From assembly GCA_900540495.1 (NCBI GenBank), contig UQGA01000004.1:46816-110815 (forward strand): a stretch of DNA of 64,000 nucleotides, written 5' to 3'. The position numbers were made by a program, and so were the translations under genes. Under the pieces are notes generated by a model. That model did no database searches. It saw nothing but the letters and a program-made list of their open reading frames with translations, and was not told the DNA's origin. The stretch is from an uncultured Eubacteriales bacterium. Its GTDB lineage: Bacteria; Bacillota; Clostridia; Christensenellales; CAG-138. Shown here piece after piece: positions 17,334 to 26,502 of this stretch (positions are counted from its first letter, which is position 1; each line of letters begins with the position of its first letter).

Positions 17334-17741
17334 ATGAATCTGAAGGAATTGTGCGCGATCATGGGCAAATTTGTCCACGGCTATTTCGCTACGGTTGATG
17401 AGCAGGGCTTCCCCGATCTGCGCGGCTGGGAATTCCAGTACGAGCAGGACGGCCGCCTGTATTTTACCACCTCCAGCACAAAGGCTGTGTATCGGCAGAT
17501 GACGGCCAACCCGAAGGTGGCGTTTGCCTGCCAGGCAAACGGGTATCAGGTGCGCCTGAGCGGCACGGCGGTTATCGTGACGGATGCGGCGGAGCGCGCC
17601 GCCGTCTACGCGGCGATGGATCCGAGCGTGCAGGCGCTCTATCCCACGCCGGAGGCCGGTGGGTTTACGGTGTTCTACCTTGCGCACGGCGTCGCCAAGT
17701 ACGCCGAGGGCGGCGGGGCGTTCCAGTCGTTCGCATTTTGA
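17334..17741 (+). CDS. Pyridoxamine 5'-phosphate oxidase family (FMN-binding split barrel) protein
   Basis: In track ORF 17274..17741. SD AAGGAG, then ATG 17334. GYFATVDEQGFPDLRGW...GRLYFTTSSTKAVYRQMTANPKVAF. Confidence 0.8.
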   Translation: MNLKELCAIMGKFVHGYFATVDEQGFPDLRGWEFQYEQDGRLYFTTSSTKAVYRQMTANPKVAFACQANGYQVRLSGTAVIVTDAAERAAVYAAMDPSVQALYPTPEAGGFTVFYLAHGVAKYAEGGGAFQSFAF

Positions 17742-17771
17742 TCGGCGCCCGTGCCTCGGCACATGTGTCCG

Positions 17772-17806
17772 CCGCCCGCCGGAGCGATAGCCCCGGCGGG
17801 CGGTTT
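17772..17806. terminator. Hairpin between convergent genes (bidirectional terminator candidate)
   Basis: 11-bp stem ccgcccgccgg (17772-17782)/ccggcgggcgg (17793-17803), then ttt. Sits between the + gene end (17741) and the - gene end (17805). Confidence 0.6.
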
Positions 17807-19112
17807 ACATCTGGCGCGAAAGCAGCACGAGCGCGAGCAGATTGGGCAGCGCCATGAGCATGTTCAGCACCTCCGATATGCGCCATGCAAGCGCAAGCGG
17901 CACGATGGCGCCGAGCACGCACAGCCCCATGAAGGCGATCAGGTAGGGCCGCACGGCGCGCGGACCAAACAGGTGGGCGGCGCATTGGGCGCCGTAAAGG
18001 GAGAAGCTCAGCATACTGGAGAAGGCGAACAGCAACAGCAGCAGCGCGAGGAACAGGCTCGCGCCCACATCCCCGAGGCGCGTGGCGAATGCCGCCGTCA
18101 CCAGCGCCCCGGCGACGGAGCCGTTGCCGTAGTCGAGCGGCACGCCGGATACGAGCACCGCAAGCGCCGTGAGCGTGCAGATCACCATCGTGTCGAGAAA
18201 CACTTCGAAGATGCCGTAGAGCGCCTGCCGTTCTGGCTCCGCATCGGCCGCCGCGTGCGCGATGGCCGCGGTGCCCAGCCCCGCTTCGTGCGTAAATACG
18301 CCGCGGGAAACGCCCACCCGAAACGTGTGCAGCACCGCTGCGGCGCCCGCCGTACCGCCGAATACGGCCTGCGGGTGGAAGGCGTCCCGGACGATCGCCC
18401 CCAATGCCGGCCCGATTGCCGCCGGACGTCGCAGCAGCACGAACGTCGCGCCCCCGATGTACAGCACGCTCATGAGCGGTACGAGCAGCGCCGCCATGCG
18501 GCCGACGCGCTTGCTGCCGCCGAGCACCGCGCGGGCGATCAGCAGCGCCACGACAACGCCGGTGGCGAACGCGATGCGGCGCGCCGCCGCCGTGGAGAGC
18601 GCGCCGCCCAGCAGCGCGCCAGAGAGCGTCACCACCGATTCGGCGACCGTGTTTACCTGTACGAGGTTTCCCATCCCGAGCGCCGCCAGCGCCGCGCAGA
18701 GGGCAAAGACCGGCGAGAGGAAGTGCCAGCGCGGCGGCAGCCCCCGCTCGATATAGACCATCGGGCCGCCCGCAAAGCCGCCTCCCGCCGCCGGCCGGCG
18801 CAGGCGCACGGCGTAGAGGATCTCGACGTATTTGAGCGCCATGCCCAGCAACGCGCTCACCCACATCCAGAAGATTGCGCCCGGCCCGCCGATGAGCAGC
18901 GCCCCGGCCGTACCCGCGATGTTGCCCGTACCGATCGTTGCGGCGAGCGACGTGGCCGCCGCCTCAAACGGCGACACGCGCCGCCCGTCCCGCTCGCCGC
19001 CGCGGAAGAACGCGCTCACCGACGGCAGGAACCGCCGCACCTGTACAAAGCCCGTTTTGATTGTGAAATACCCGCCTGCGCCCAGCAGCAGCAGCGCGAC
19101 AAACGTTTCCAA
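17805..19112 (-). CDS. Alanine/glycine:cation symporter (AGCS family)
   Basis: 435 aa polytopic. SPFEAAATSLAATIGTGNIAGTAGAL motif is typical of sodium:alanine symporters. Confidence 0.9.
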   Translation of the reverse strand: METFVALLLLGAGGYFTIKTGFVQVRRFLPSVSAFFRGGERDGRRVSPFEAAATSLAATIGTGNIAGTAGALLIGGPGAIFWMWVSALLGMALKYVEILYAVRLRRPAAGGGFAGGPMVYIERGLPPRWHFLSPVFALCAALAALGMGNLVQVNTVAESVVTLSGALLGGALSTAAARRIAFATGVVVALLIARAVLGGSKRVGRMAALLVPLMSVLYIGGATFVLLRRPAAIGPALGAIVRDAFHPQAVFGGTAGAAAVLHTFRVGVSRGVFTHEAGLGTAAIAHAAADAEPERQALYGIFEVFLDTMVICTLTALAVLVSGVPLDYGNGSVAGALVTAAFATRLGDVGASLFLALLLLLFAFSSMLSFSLYGAQCAAHLFGPRAVRPYLIAFMGLCVLGAIVPLALAWRISEVLNMLMALPNLLALVLLSRQM

Positions 19113-19187
19113 AAGCGTTCCCCCCGTTCCCAGCGATCGCAGATCGTGCTATACTGGTACTATCCTATTGCGAGACGGGGGCGTTGC

Positions 19188-19679
19188 ATGACCGATCCAA
19201 AGCGCAGACGCGCACTGTGCATCCTGCTCTGGTCGCTGACGGCGCTCTGGCTGGCGTGCATCTGGAGCATGTCGGCGCAGACGGGGGCGGAGAGCGGCGG
19301 GTTGTCCGCTCGGCTTGCCGCCTGGCTGCTGCCATGGGCGGACGGGCGGACGCTGGCGGCGTTTGAGCTGCTGCTGCGCAAGCTCGCGCACATGACGGAG
19401 TATGCCGTGCTGGCGTGCCTGTTCTCGCTTGCGCTGCTCTCCTCCCGCATGCCGCACCCGGTGCATTTTGCGTTCATCTTCTCCATCCTTGCCGCCATTG
19501 CGGACGAGTGCCACCAGCTCTTTGTTCCCGGCCGGGCCGGGCAGGCGGCCGACGTGGCCATCGACGTGATCGGCGCCGCCGCCGGGCTGTTTCTGTTCGT
19601 GCTCGTGCGCCGCATCGTGCGCCGCCGCCGGGCGCATGGGAGCGCCGATCCATCGGGAGGCGAGCCATGCGCCCGTTGA
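19188..19679 (+). CDS. VanZ-like family membrane protein
   Basis: In track ORF 17751..19679. ATG 19188. KLAHMTEYAVLACL...ADECHQLFVPGRAGQAADVAIDVIGA is typical of VanZ. Confidence 0.8.
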   Translation: MTDPKRRRALCILLWSLTALWLACIWSMSAQTGAESGGLSARLAAWLLPWADGRTLAAFELLLRKLAHMTEYAVLACLFSLALLSSRMPHPVHFAFIFSILAAIADECHQLFVPGRAGQAADVAIDVIGAAAGLFLFVLVRRIVRRRRAHGSADPSGGEPCAR

Positions 19680-20548
19680 AGATTGCCCTGCTGCAGCTCA
19701 CGCCGGGGGCAACACGCCGGGCAAACCTCGAAAAAGGGCTTGCGTTCTGCCGCCGGGCGCAGGCGGCCGGTGCGGATATCGCGCTCTTTCCCGAGATGTG
19801 GAGCAACGGTTACCGCATTGGGGACCGGCCCTTTTGCCAATGGCGGGCGGATGCGATCCCGGCCGACGGCGGTTTTGTCGGCGCATTCGGCGCGCTCGCG
19901 CGCGAGCTTGGCATGGCCGTCTGCATCACCCTGCTCGAGCGATATGGCGATGCCCTGCGCAATTCTCTCGTCCTCTTCGACCGGTTCGGAGCGCGCAGGC
20001 TCGCCTACGCCAAGGTACATACGTGCGTTTTCGGCGCGGAGCGGCATCTGACGCCGGGCGACGACTTTTTTGTGGCCGCGCTGGATACGGCCTGCGGGCC
20101 GGTCGAAGTCGGCGCAATGATCTGCTATGACCGCGAATTTCCGGAAAGCGCCCGCATCCTGATGCTCAAGGGCGCGGAGCTCGTTCTCGTCCCCAACGCC
20201 TGCCCGATGGAAGGCAACCGCCTTTCACAGCTGCGCGCCAGAGCGTTTGAGAACATGATGGCGATTGCCACATGCAACTACCCGGATACCGTGCCGGACT
20301 GCAACGGCGGTTCGAGCGTGTTCGACGGCGTGGCCTATCTGCCGGATGCGCCCGTGTCGCGGGACACCTGTATCCTGCAGGCGGGAAGCGCCGAGGGCGT
20401 CTATCTTGCTTCGCTCGATCTGGAGCAATTGCGCAGTTATCGGAGCCGTGAGGTGCATGGCAACGCCTACCGCCGGCCGGACAGGTACGCCCTGCTGACC
20501 GACGCACAAAAGCGCGCGCCCTTTCTGCGGCCGGACGACCGGCCGTAG
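19667..20548 (+). CDS. Carbon-nitrogen hydrolase (nitrilase superfamily) protein
   Basis: In track ORF 19415..20548. SD GGGAGG, then ATG 19667, overlapping the vanZ-like end. Glu in FPEMW, Cys in GAMICYDREFPE. Confidence 0.85.
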   Translation: MRPLKIALLQLTPGATRRANLEKGLAFCRRAQAAGADIALFPEMWSNGYRIGDRPFCQWRADAIPADGGFVGAFGALARELGMAVCITLLERYGDALRNSLVLFDRFGARRLAYAKVHTCVFGAERHLTPGDDFFVAALDTACGPVEVGAMICYDREFPESARILMLKGAELVLVPNACPMEGNRLSQLRARAFENMMAIATCNYPDTVPDCNGGSSVFDGVAYLPDAPVSRDTCILQAGSAEGVYLASLDLEQLRSYRSREVHGNAYRRPDRYALLTDAQKRAPFLRPDDRP

Positions 20549-20885
20549 CGGATTCCGTTCTTTCCCGGGCAAGAACCGGGCAAGGGATGCAAAGCGGAGT
20601 CGCTCCCCAAACGAACTTACAACGCCGTAGCGGATTTCCTCTTTTCCCGGGCAAGAACCGGGCAAGGGAGGGGATGCAAAACAGCAGGGGCCAAACCCTT
20701 CAACGCGAAGAACCGGCCCTTCGGGCCGGGGGAGCGGATGCAAAACAGCAGGGCCAAACCCTTCAACGCGAAAAACCGGCCATTCGGGCCGGGGGAACGG
20801 ATGCAAAACAGCAGGGCCAAACCCTTCAACGCGAAGAACCGGCCGTTCGGGCCGGGGAACGGAAGCAAAACGGCAGAGCGCAAAC
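20545..20885. repeat. Composite tandem repeat array with one stem-loop per unit (R2)
   Basis: Two ~82-bp units start at 20545 and 20627 (gtagcggattYC...ttcccgggcaagaaccgggcaaggga..ggatgcaaa). Then 64/63/62-bp units at 20672, 20736 and 20799, plus a partial unit at 20861. Hairpins CCGGCC-NTTCG-GGCCGG at 20713-20729, 20776-20792 and 20839-20855. Confidence 0.9.
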
Positions 20886-20888
20886 ATC

Positions 20889-20917
20889 AAAAAGGGAGCG
20901 TGGAAAGCCACGCTCCC
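20889..20917 (-). terminator. Intrinsic terminator of the VanW-family gene
   Basis: Minus strand: stem gggagcgtgg/ccacgctccc (20894-20917), loop of 4 nt, followed by TTTTT (A5 at 20889-20893 on + strand). Confidence 0.75.
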
Positions 20918-21017
20918 ATCCTGTATGCATTGTTTTTCCTGCGATGTTCCTTCCGGGATGAGGAAGGAACAAAATCCGTTGTTTCGCGTGCCGTTACGGC
21001 ATGTCGTCCGTGGGGTC

Positions 21018-22940
21018 CTACACCGGTTCTGGTGTTGGTTCAGGAGTCGGTTCGGGAGTCGGTTCGGGAGTCGGGCTTGGCGTAGGCGTGGCGGGCACCA
21101 TCGTGCCGATGGTGCGCTTTTCGGCGATGGCCGCATATTCGTCCGTGTGCAGCAGGATGGAATCCACCACTTCGCCGTTGACCATCTTATCGAGATAGGC
21201 CTCCACGATATAGCCGGTGCGCTCCTCGACGGTGATGACCTCTTCGCCGGCGAGCATCTCATCGTCGTAGGTGATGATCGGTTCGCCCGGTTCGATCTCC
21301 TGCTTGGTCACCGAACGGGGTTCATACGTCACGCCCTCCGGCAGCGCCTGTCCGTATATGAGGATGGTCAGCTCGCTCTTGCGCGAAGCGCCGCGCTTGA
21401 CGTTGGTATAGGCGAAGATATACAGCGGATAATCCGTATCGTTTTCGAACCGGAAGTCGATGTGGTTGGTATCGACCGTCGCATCCAGCCCGAGCGGGAC
21501 ATAGTCCGCCGGGATGGAGTGCTTGCGGCGTTCCACGATGTGGATGTTGGCCCGCAGCAGCGCGCCGTAGAGCGTGGTGCTGACCTGGCATACGCCGCCG
21601 CCATAGCCGAGCACATAGCGGTCGCCGCCGGTGATTTCGTTGGCTTCCTTCCAGCCGTTGGCCTTGGTGCGGTCGCCCACCGTGTCGTTATAGCTCCAAA
21701 CCTGCCCGGGCTGTACGACCGAACCGTTGACCAGACCGGCGGCCTTTTCGACATTGTAGGCGCGGTTGAGGGTGATCTGCCGTTTTTCCTCCGTCCAGTC
21801 GGAGAGGCCGGTGTTGCGGTATTCGGTCGTAAAGGAGGAGATCAGCGAGAGCTGCTGCTTGAGCTCGGCAACCGTGACGCTCGGCTCCTGCTGCGTGAGC
21901 GGCGGCTCCAAATTGGCCTGGTAGTTGCCGGCGTCGAGCGCTTCGCGCACGAGCAGCTCCGTGGCCGGCACATCGATGCCCATGCCCGCCCGCTCCTCGG
22001 TGTAGATCAGCTCCGGTTCGCCGTTTTCCACGGGATTCAGCGTCACCGTGGCGTCGGTGGGACCAAAGGAGAGCGTATTGTTGATTTCGGCGATGCGGCG
22101 GTCGAGCGCCTCATAGTCGATCTCCAGCGAGGTCTGATACGATTTGTTTTTCCCGCCGGCGAGCGCGTCGAGCAGAACCTGCTCGATGTCCGTCGTGATG
22201 CCCATATCGGCGCCGGTGATGGATTCATGGAAGGTGACGCCGCCCATTTCGCCCGTAAGGGAGATGGCGATGCGGGAGACTGTTTCCTCGATGCCGGGCA
22301 TGATGACGTTGCGCGCATCGGCCAGCAGCATGTCGGTGACGGGGATGCCGTTGATATAGACTTCTTCGGCATAGGTGGCGGTCGTGGTGTCGATCTGGGA
22401 GGGATCGACCGGACCGGTCGCCGCCGCGCAGCTGCGAACGATCACGAAAATGGCGGCCGCGAGCAGCAGCAGCAACAGCGCCATGCCGGACAGGATGGCC
22501 CGCTGACGCTTCTGCTGTTGCCGGCGCCGTCGGTCGGAACCGCCGGAAGAAGCCCTTCCGCCGCCCGAGGAGGGCGGGACGGAGGAACGGCCGCCGGACG
22601 AACGGCCCGTCGTGGAACGGCCTGCGGAAGAACGGCTCGCGGAGGAACGGCCCGCGGAAGAACGGCTGCCCGTGGAATAGGCCAGGCCGCGGCCGCCGCT
22701 CATCATGTCCAGACCGTCGGAAGACGGGGCGGAGACGGGCTTTGACGCGCGGCTGCGCGCGGCGCCGGATTGGCGGGAGGCGCCGCCGGCAACGGGCGCG
22801 GCGGACGCGCCCTGCGAAAGGTCGCGCAGATAGCCGGAATGATCCGCACGCGATGAATTCCCCGTGCCGCTCCTGCGCGGGGAATCAGTGCGCGTTGTGC
22901 GCGAAAGATCCCGAAACATCTCGTCCATACGTTTCCTCAT
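21018..22940 (-). CDS. VanW-family protein with G5 domain, membrane anchor, Ser/Arg-rich N-terminus and Pro/Thr/Glu C-terminal repeat
   Basis: 640 aa. VanW core (GQVWSYNDTVGDRT...GGGVCQVSTTLYGA...DFRFENDTDYPLYI), G5-like segment (EPGEPIITYDDE...), tail TPTPSPTPEPTPEPTPEPTPEPV. Confidence 0.85.
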   Translation of the reverse strand: MRKRMDEMFRDLSRTTRTDSPRRSGTGNSSRADHSGYLRDLSQGASAAPVAGGASRQSGAARSRASKPVSAPSSDGLDMMSGGRGLAYSTGSRSSAGRSSASRSSAGRSTTGRSSGGRSSVPPSSGGGRASSGGSDRRRRQQQKRQRAILSGMALLLLLLAAAIFVIVRSCAAATGPVDPSQIDTTTATYAEEVYINGIPVTDMLLADARNVIMPGIEETVSRIAISLTGEMGGVTFHESITGADMGITTDIEQVLLDALAGGKNKSYQTSLEIDYEALDRRIAEINNTLSFGPTDATVTLNPVENGEPELIYTEERAGMGIDVPATELLVREALDAGNYQANLEPPLTQQEPSVTVAELKQQLSLISSFTTEYRNTGLSDWTEEKRQITLNRAYNVEKAAGLVNGSVVQPGQVWSYNDTVGDRTKANGWKEANEITGGDRYVLGYGGGVCQVSTTLYGALLRANIHIVERRKHSIPADYVPLGLDATVDTNHIDFRFENDTDYPLYIFAYTNVKRGASRKSELTILIYGQALPEGVTYEPRSVTKQEIEPGEPIITYDDEMLAGEEVITVEERTGYIVEAYLDKMVNGEVVDSILLHTDEYAAIAEKRTIGTMVPATPTPSPTPEPTPEPTPEPTPEPV

Positions 22941-23103
22941 CCCAATAATACGGAATTCAACATAATGTAGTATACACGATGGCCGCCGCCCATCGCAACC
23001 GTTGCCGCAATTTTTTACAATCTGCTTACCATCTGACCCCCGCGAACAAGCCCCGGGAACCCGGCCGACAGTGCGGAAGGAGAAGGGCGATGCCGCAGGC
23101 GCG

Positions 23104-23757
23104 CTAAAGCTGCGCGCCGCGCAGCGCGCGGATCATGGCGGCGGGGTCCTCCGCCCGGAATACGCTGCTGCCCGCCACGAGGATGGTCGCGCCGGCGGCG
23201 GCGCACTGTCGCGCAGTGTCAGGGTTTACGCCGCCGTCCACCTCGATCTCGGTGGCGAGGCCGCGCGCGTCGATCATGGCGCGCAGCGCACGGATCTTGT
23301 CGAGCACTTCGGGGATAAACGCCTGTCCGCCAAAGCCCGGGTTGACGCTCATCAGCAGCACGAGATCGCACAGCGGCAGCACCGGCTCCGCCATGCACAC
23401 GGGCGTCGCCGGATTGAGCACGACGCCCGCGCGCATCCCGAGCGCGCGGATCGACTGGAGCGTGCGGTGCGCATGCGCGTCGGCCTCCACATGGAACGTC
23501 AGGCAGTCGGCGCCCGCCTCGTGGAACGGGGTCACATAGTCGGCCGGGCGCTCCACCATCAGGTGTACGTCGAGCGGCAGGCGGGTCAGGGGCCGCACGG
23601 CGGCGCACATCATCGGCCCAAACGTCAGGTTGGGTACGAAGTGGCCGTCCATCACGTCGAAATGGACCCAATCCGCGCCCCAGTCCGAGAGACGCTCCAC
23701 GGCGTCGCCCATCCGTGCAAAATCGGCTGAGAGGATGGAGGGAGCGATTTTAATCAT
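23104..23757 (-). CDS. rpe: Ribulose-phosphate 3-epimerase
   Basis: In track ORF 23104..23802. ATG 23757 gives MIKIAPSILSADFARMG...HFDVMDGHFVPNLTFG. Confidence 0.93.
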   Translation of the reverse strand: MIKIAPSILSADFARMGDAVERLSDWGADWVHFDVMDGHFVPNLTFGPMMCAAVRPLTRLPLDVHLMVERPADYVTPFHEAGADCLTFHVEADAHAHRTLQSIRALGMRAGVVLNPATPVCMAEPVLPLCDLVLLMSVNPGFGGQAFIPEVLDKIRALRAMIDARGLATEIEVDGGVNPDTARQCAAAGATILVAGSSVFRAEDPAAMIRALRGAQL

Positions 23758-24628
23758 AGCGGTGTTTTCTCCTTTGTTCAAATTCTTTGGCAAGCTGTAC
23801 ATAACGGGCGTAGCGCGCCTCGCTCATGCCGCCGGCAGCGATCATCGCCTTGACCGCGCAATCCGGCTCCGACACGTGCATGCACCCGGCGAAGCGGCAG
23901 CGCGACGGCAGGTCGGCAAACTCCGGATAACAGGCGTCGAGCGCCGCCTGCTCGACATCCTCCGGTTCGTAGAGCGAGAAGCCGGGCGTGTCCAGCACCG
24001 CGCCGGCGCCAAAGGGCAGCAGCTCGGCGTGCCGCGTCGTATGGCGGCCCCGCTCGGTCCGGTCCGACAGATCGCCCGTTTCGAGCGAGAGGCCGGGGAT
24101 GAGCGCGTTGAGCAGCGACGACTTGCCCACGGCGGACTGCCCGGCAAAGCAGGAAACGCCCGTGTTGAGCCGTTTGCGCAGCTCGTCAAGCCCCTGGCCG
24201 GTCTTTGCGGAAACGCAAAGCGCGTCAAAGGCGGCATAGTCCGCCAGGAACGCGGCCCGGATCTCTGCGTGCGCCTCGTCGCATTTGTTGAGCACCAGCA
24301 GCGGCTCGATCTGCAGCAGCGCGGCCTGGATGAGCAGCTTGTCGGCGAGCAGCCAGTCCGGCTGCGGTGCGGAGGCGGACAGCACCACGATCAGCCGATC
24401 GATATTTGCCGCCTGCGGCCGCACGAGCACGTTTTTGCGCGGCAGGATCTCTTCGATGCGGGCATACCCCTCGCGCTGCGGCTGTACGGTGACGGAATCC
24501 CCCACGAGCGGCGCGCCGATCCCCCGGCGAAAACGGCCGCGCGCACGGCATTCGGTTACGCCGCCATCCGGCCCCTGCACGTAGTAGAAGCCGCCGACGC
24601 CCCTGATGATCCTCCCCCGCGCCGTCAT
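23750..24628 (-). CDS. rsgA: Ribosome small-subunit-dependent GTPase A
   Basis: In track ORF 23750..24721. ATG 24628 overlaps the prkC stop (ATGA). GQSAVGKSSLLNAL P-loop, C-terminal Zn motif CRFAGCMHVSEPDCAV. Confidence 0.9.
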   Translation of the reverse strand: MTARGRIIRGVGGFYYVQGPDGGVTECRARGRFRRGIGAPLVGDSVTVQPQREGYARIEEILPRKNVLVRPQAANIDRLIVVLSASAPQPDWLLADKLLIQAALLQIEPLLVLNKCDEAHAEIRAAFLADYAAFDALCVSAKTGQGLDELRKRLNTGVSCFAGQSAVGKSSLLNALIPGLSLETGDLSDRTERGRHTTRHAELLPFGAGAVLDTPGFSLYEPEDVEQAALDACYPEFADLPSRCRFAGCMHVSEPDCAVKAMIAAGGMSEARYARYVQLAKEFEQRRKHRYD

Positions 24629-26502
24629 TGCGCCGCTGCGCGGAAGCTGACGTCCTGCCGCCGCCGCTCCTGCCCGTCGATGTAGAGGATGACCTCGTGC
24701 AATCCTTCGGAAGCGGCGCACGCGGTGAACGAAACGGGGATGACCGAGCCCTTTTCGAGCGTCGTCTCGTACAGGATTCGTTCGATGAGCACGCCGTTGA
24801 CCGCCTCGGCAATGGTTACCATGACGTCCGTGCCGTTGTTCTCAATGTTCAGGTTGTAGGCGATGTCCGCGCTGTACGGCCGCTCCCCGGCAGGGCTTCC
24901 CGCCACGGTGAGCAGCACGGTCATGCCGCGCTGTACGGAATCGAGCGCGGCGGGCGACTGCGCGGCGACGAGCCCCGATTCGCTCTCCGAAGCCCCGTCA
25001 TAGCGCAGCAGGATACGCGTAAACCCGTCCCCGTCGAGCAGCGACAGCGCATCGGCAAGCGGCAGGCCGGTAAGCGCCGGCATGGACGTCAGCACGGCGG
25101 AGGTGGCGCTGATGATGATGTCAACCCGCTGCCCCGGTTCAGCCGCCGTCCCCGACGCGGGGTATTGTTCGCAGACATAGCCGATGGCCACGTCGGACAC
25201 CCGGTAGGAGACGCCGCCAATGTCAAGCCCTGCTTCCTTGAGCAGCGCCAGCGCGTCCTCATATGTCTCGCCGATCAGTTTCGGCACGGCAGGCGTCTCC
25301 GGCCCAAGGCTCACGACAACGGAGATCTGCTCGCCGGCGCGGGCCGTGACGCCCGCTTCAGGGGTCTGGGTGAGCACGTTCCCGTACGGCACGGTTTCGC
25401 TCGGCGCATAATCGGCGATAACGAGCGTGAAGCCGTAGTCCTCCGCCCGCTGCGTTGCCTCGGCCACGGGCTTGCCCTGCAGCGAGGGGATGGGCAGCGT
25501 AGCGGAGACCGTGCCGCTGCGCAGGCTGCGCGTGCCGAAAAACGTGCCGAGCAGCACGCAGATGCACAGCGCGACCACCAGCGCGATCTTGAACGCGCCA
25601 TGCCACTTGCCGGCGGGGACCGCTGCCGGGTGCTCGCCGTCCGAACCGGACGCCTGCGCGTGGAAGAACGAGCCGGCGGGGTCGTACTGCGCGTGAAGCA
25701 GATCGTTGCGCATGGCCTTGGCCGAAGGATAGCGGTCGGCCGGGTCTTTGCGCATGGCGCGCAGCACGATGCTGTTGAGCGCCGGTTGGATGTGCGGGTT
25801 GACCTGCACCGGCTCCACCGGCGTGTCGTTGATGTGCTTGAGCGCGATGGCCACGGACGTTTCGCCCACAAAGGGCACCGTACCGGTAAGCATCTCATAG
25901 AGCATCACGCCGACGGAATAGATGTCGCTCGCCGCGGTGACGGGCGTGCCGGTCGCCTGTTCCGGCGAGAGGTAGTGGACCGAGCCCAGCACCGTATCCC
26001 CTGCAAACGTGACGGTGCTCGCCTCCGCCTCGCGCGCGATGCCGAAGTCCGTCAGCTTGGCGCGACCGTCGCGCGTGACGATGACGTTTTGCGGCTTGAC
26101 GTCGCGGTGGATGATGCCAATGGCGTGCGCCGCGGAGAGCGCCTCGAGCACCTGGCAGGCGATATGGATGGCCGTGCGGGTCGGCATGGGCCCGTTCTCC
26201 TGGATGAGCTGTTTGAGCGTGCGGCCGGCGACGTATTCCATCACGATGTACGGGACGCCCTCATACTGGCCCACGCCGTAGGCGCGCACGATGTTGTCGT
26301 GCGACAGGTGCAGCACGGCGCGCGCCTCGCGTTCAAAGCGGCGCAAAAACTCCGGATTGTCGCGGTATTCCTGCCGCAGCACCTTGACGGCGACCTGCCG
26401 GTGGGTGGTGATGTGGACCGCGCGGTATACCAGCGCCATGCCGCCTGCGCCGATGGCCTCCACGATGCGGTACCGGTGGTTCAGAATGGTGCCGATGTTC
26501 AT
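24625..26502 (-). CDS. prkC: Ser/Thr protein kinase with PASTA repeats (PrkC/PknB type)
   Basis: 625 aa. Kinase motifs HRDVKPQNV, DFGIA. TM segment, then three PASTA-like repeats and a C-terminal beta-rich domain. Confidence 0.93.
   Translation of the reverse strand: MNIGTILNHRYRIVEAIGAGGMALVYRAVHITTHRQVAVKVLRQEYRDNPEFLRRFEREARAVLHLSHDNIVRAYGVGQYEGVPYIVMEYVAGRTLKQLIQENGPMPTRTAIHIACQVLEALSAAHAIGIIHRDVKPQNVIVTRDGRAKLTDFGIAREAEASTVTFAGDTVLGSVHYLSPEQATGTPVTAASDIYSVGVMLYEMLTGTVPFVGETSVAIALKHINDTPVEPVQVNPHIQPALNSIVLRAMRKDPADRYPSAKAMRNDLLHAQYDPAGSFFHAQASGSDGEHPAAVPAGKWHGAFKIALVVALCICVLLGTFFGTRSLRSGTVSATLPIPSLQGKPVAEATQRAEDYGFTLVIADYAPSETVPYGNVLTQTPEAGVTARAGEQISVVVSLGPETPAVPKLIGETYEDALALLKEAGLDIGGVSYRVSDVAIGYVCEQYPASGTAAEPGQRVDIIISATSAVLTSMPALTGLPLADALSLLDGDGFTRILLRYDGASESESGLVAAQSPAALDSVQRGMTVLLTVAGSPAGERPYSADIAYNLNIENNGTDVMVTIAEAVNGVLIERILYETTLEKGSVIPVSFTACAASEGLHEVILYIDGQERRRQDVSFRAAAQ

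Noticed and set aside
20545-20885. Possible CRISPR array.
   Set aside because: The units are contiguous with no unique spacers. The unit length and internal structure do not fit a CRISPR repeat-spacer layout, and there are no cas genes in the window.
20587-20961. 124-aa ORF (and 20617..20883 -, 20738..21085 +, 20225..21262 -) with an internally repeated peptide (…QGQTLQREEPA.RAGG…).
   Set aside because: The ORF is simply a translation of the 63-bp tandem DNA repeat. The unit lengths (64, 63 and 62 bp) are not all multiples of 3, so the peptide repeat is not frame-conserved. There is no SD.
22560-22690. Repetitive ggaacggcc…/gaagaacggc… DNA that looked like a non-coding tandem repeat.
   Set aside because: The sequence lies within the VanW-family CDS and encodes its Ser/Arg/Gly-rich low-complexity N-terminal region (GRSSASRSSAGRSTTGRSSGGRSS). 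It is a coding low-complexity repeat rather than a separate element.
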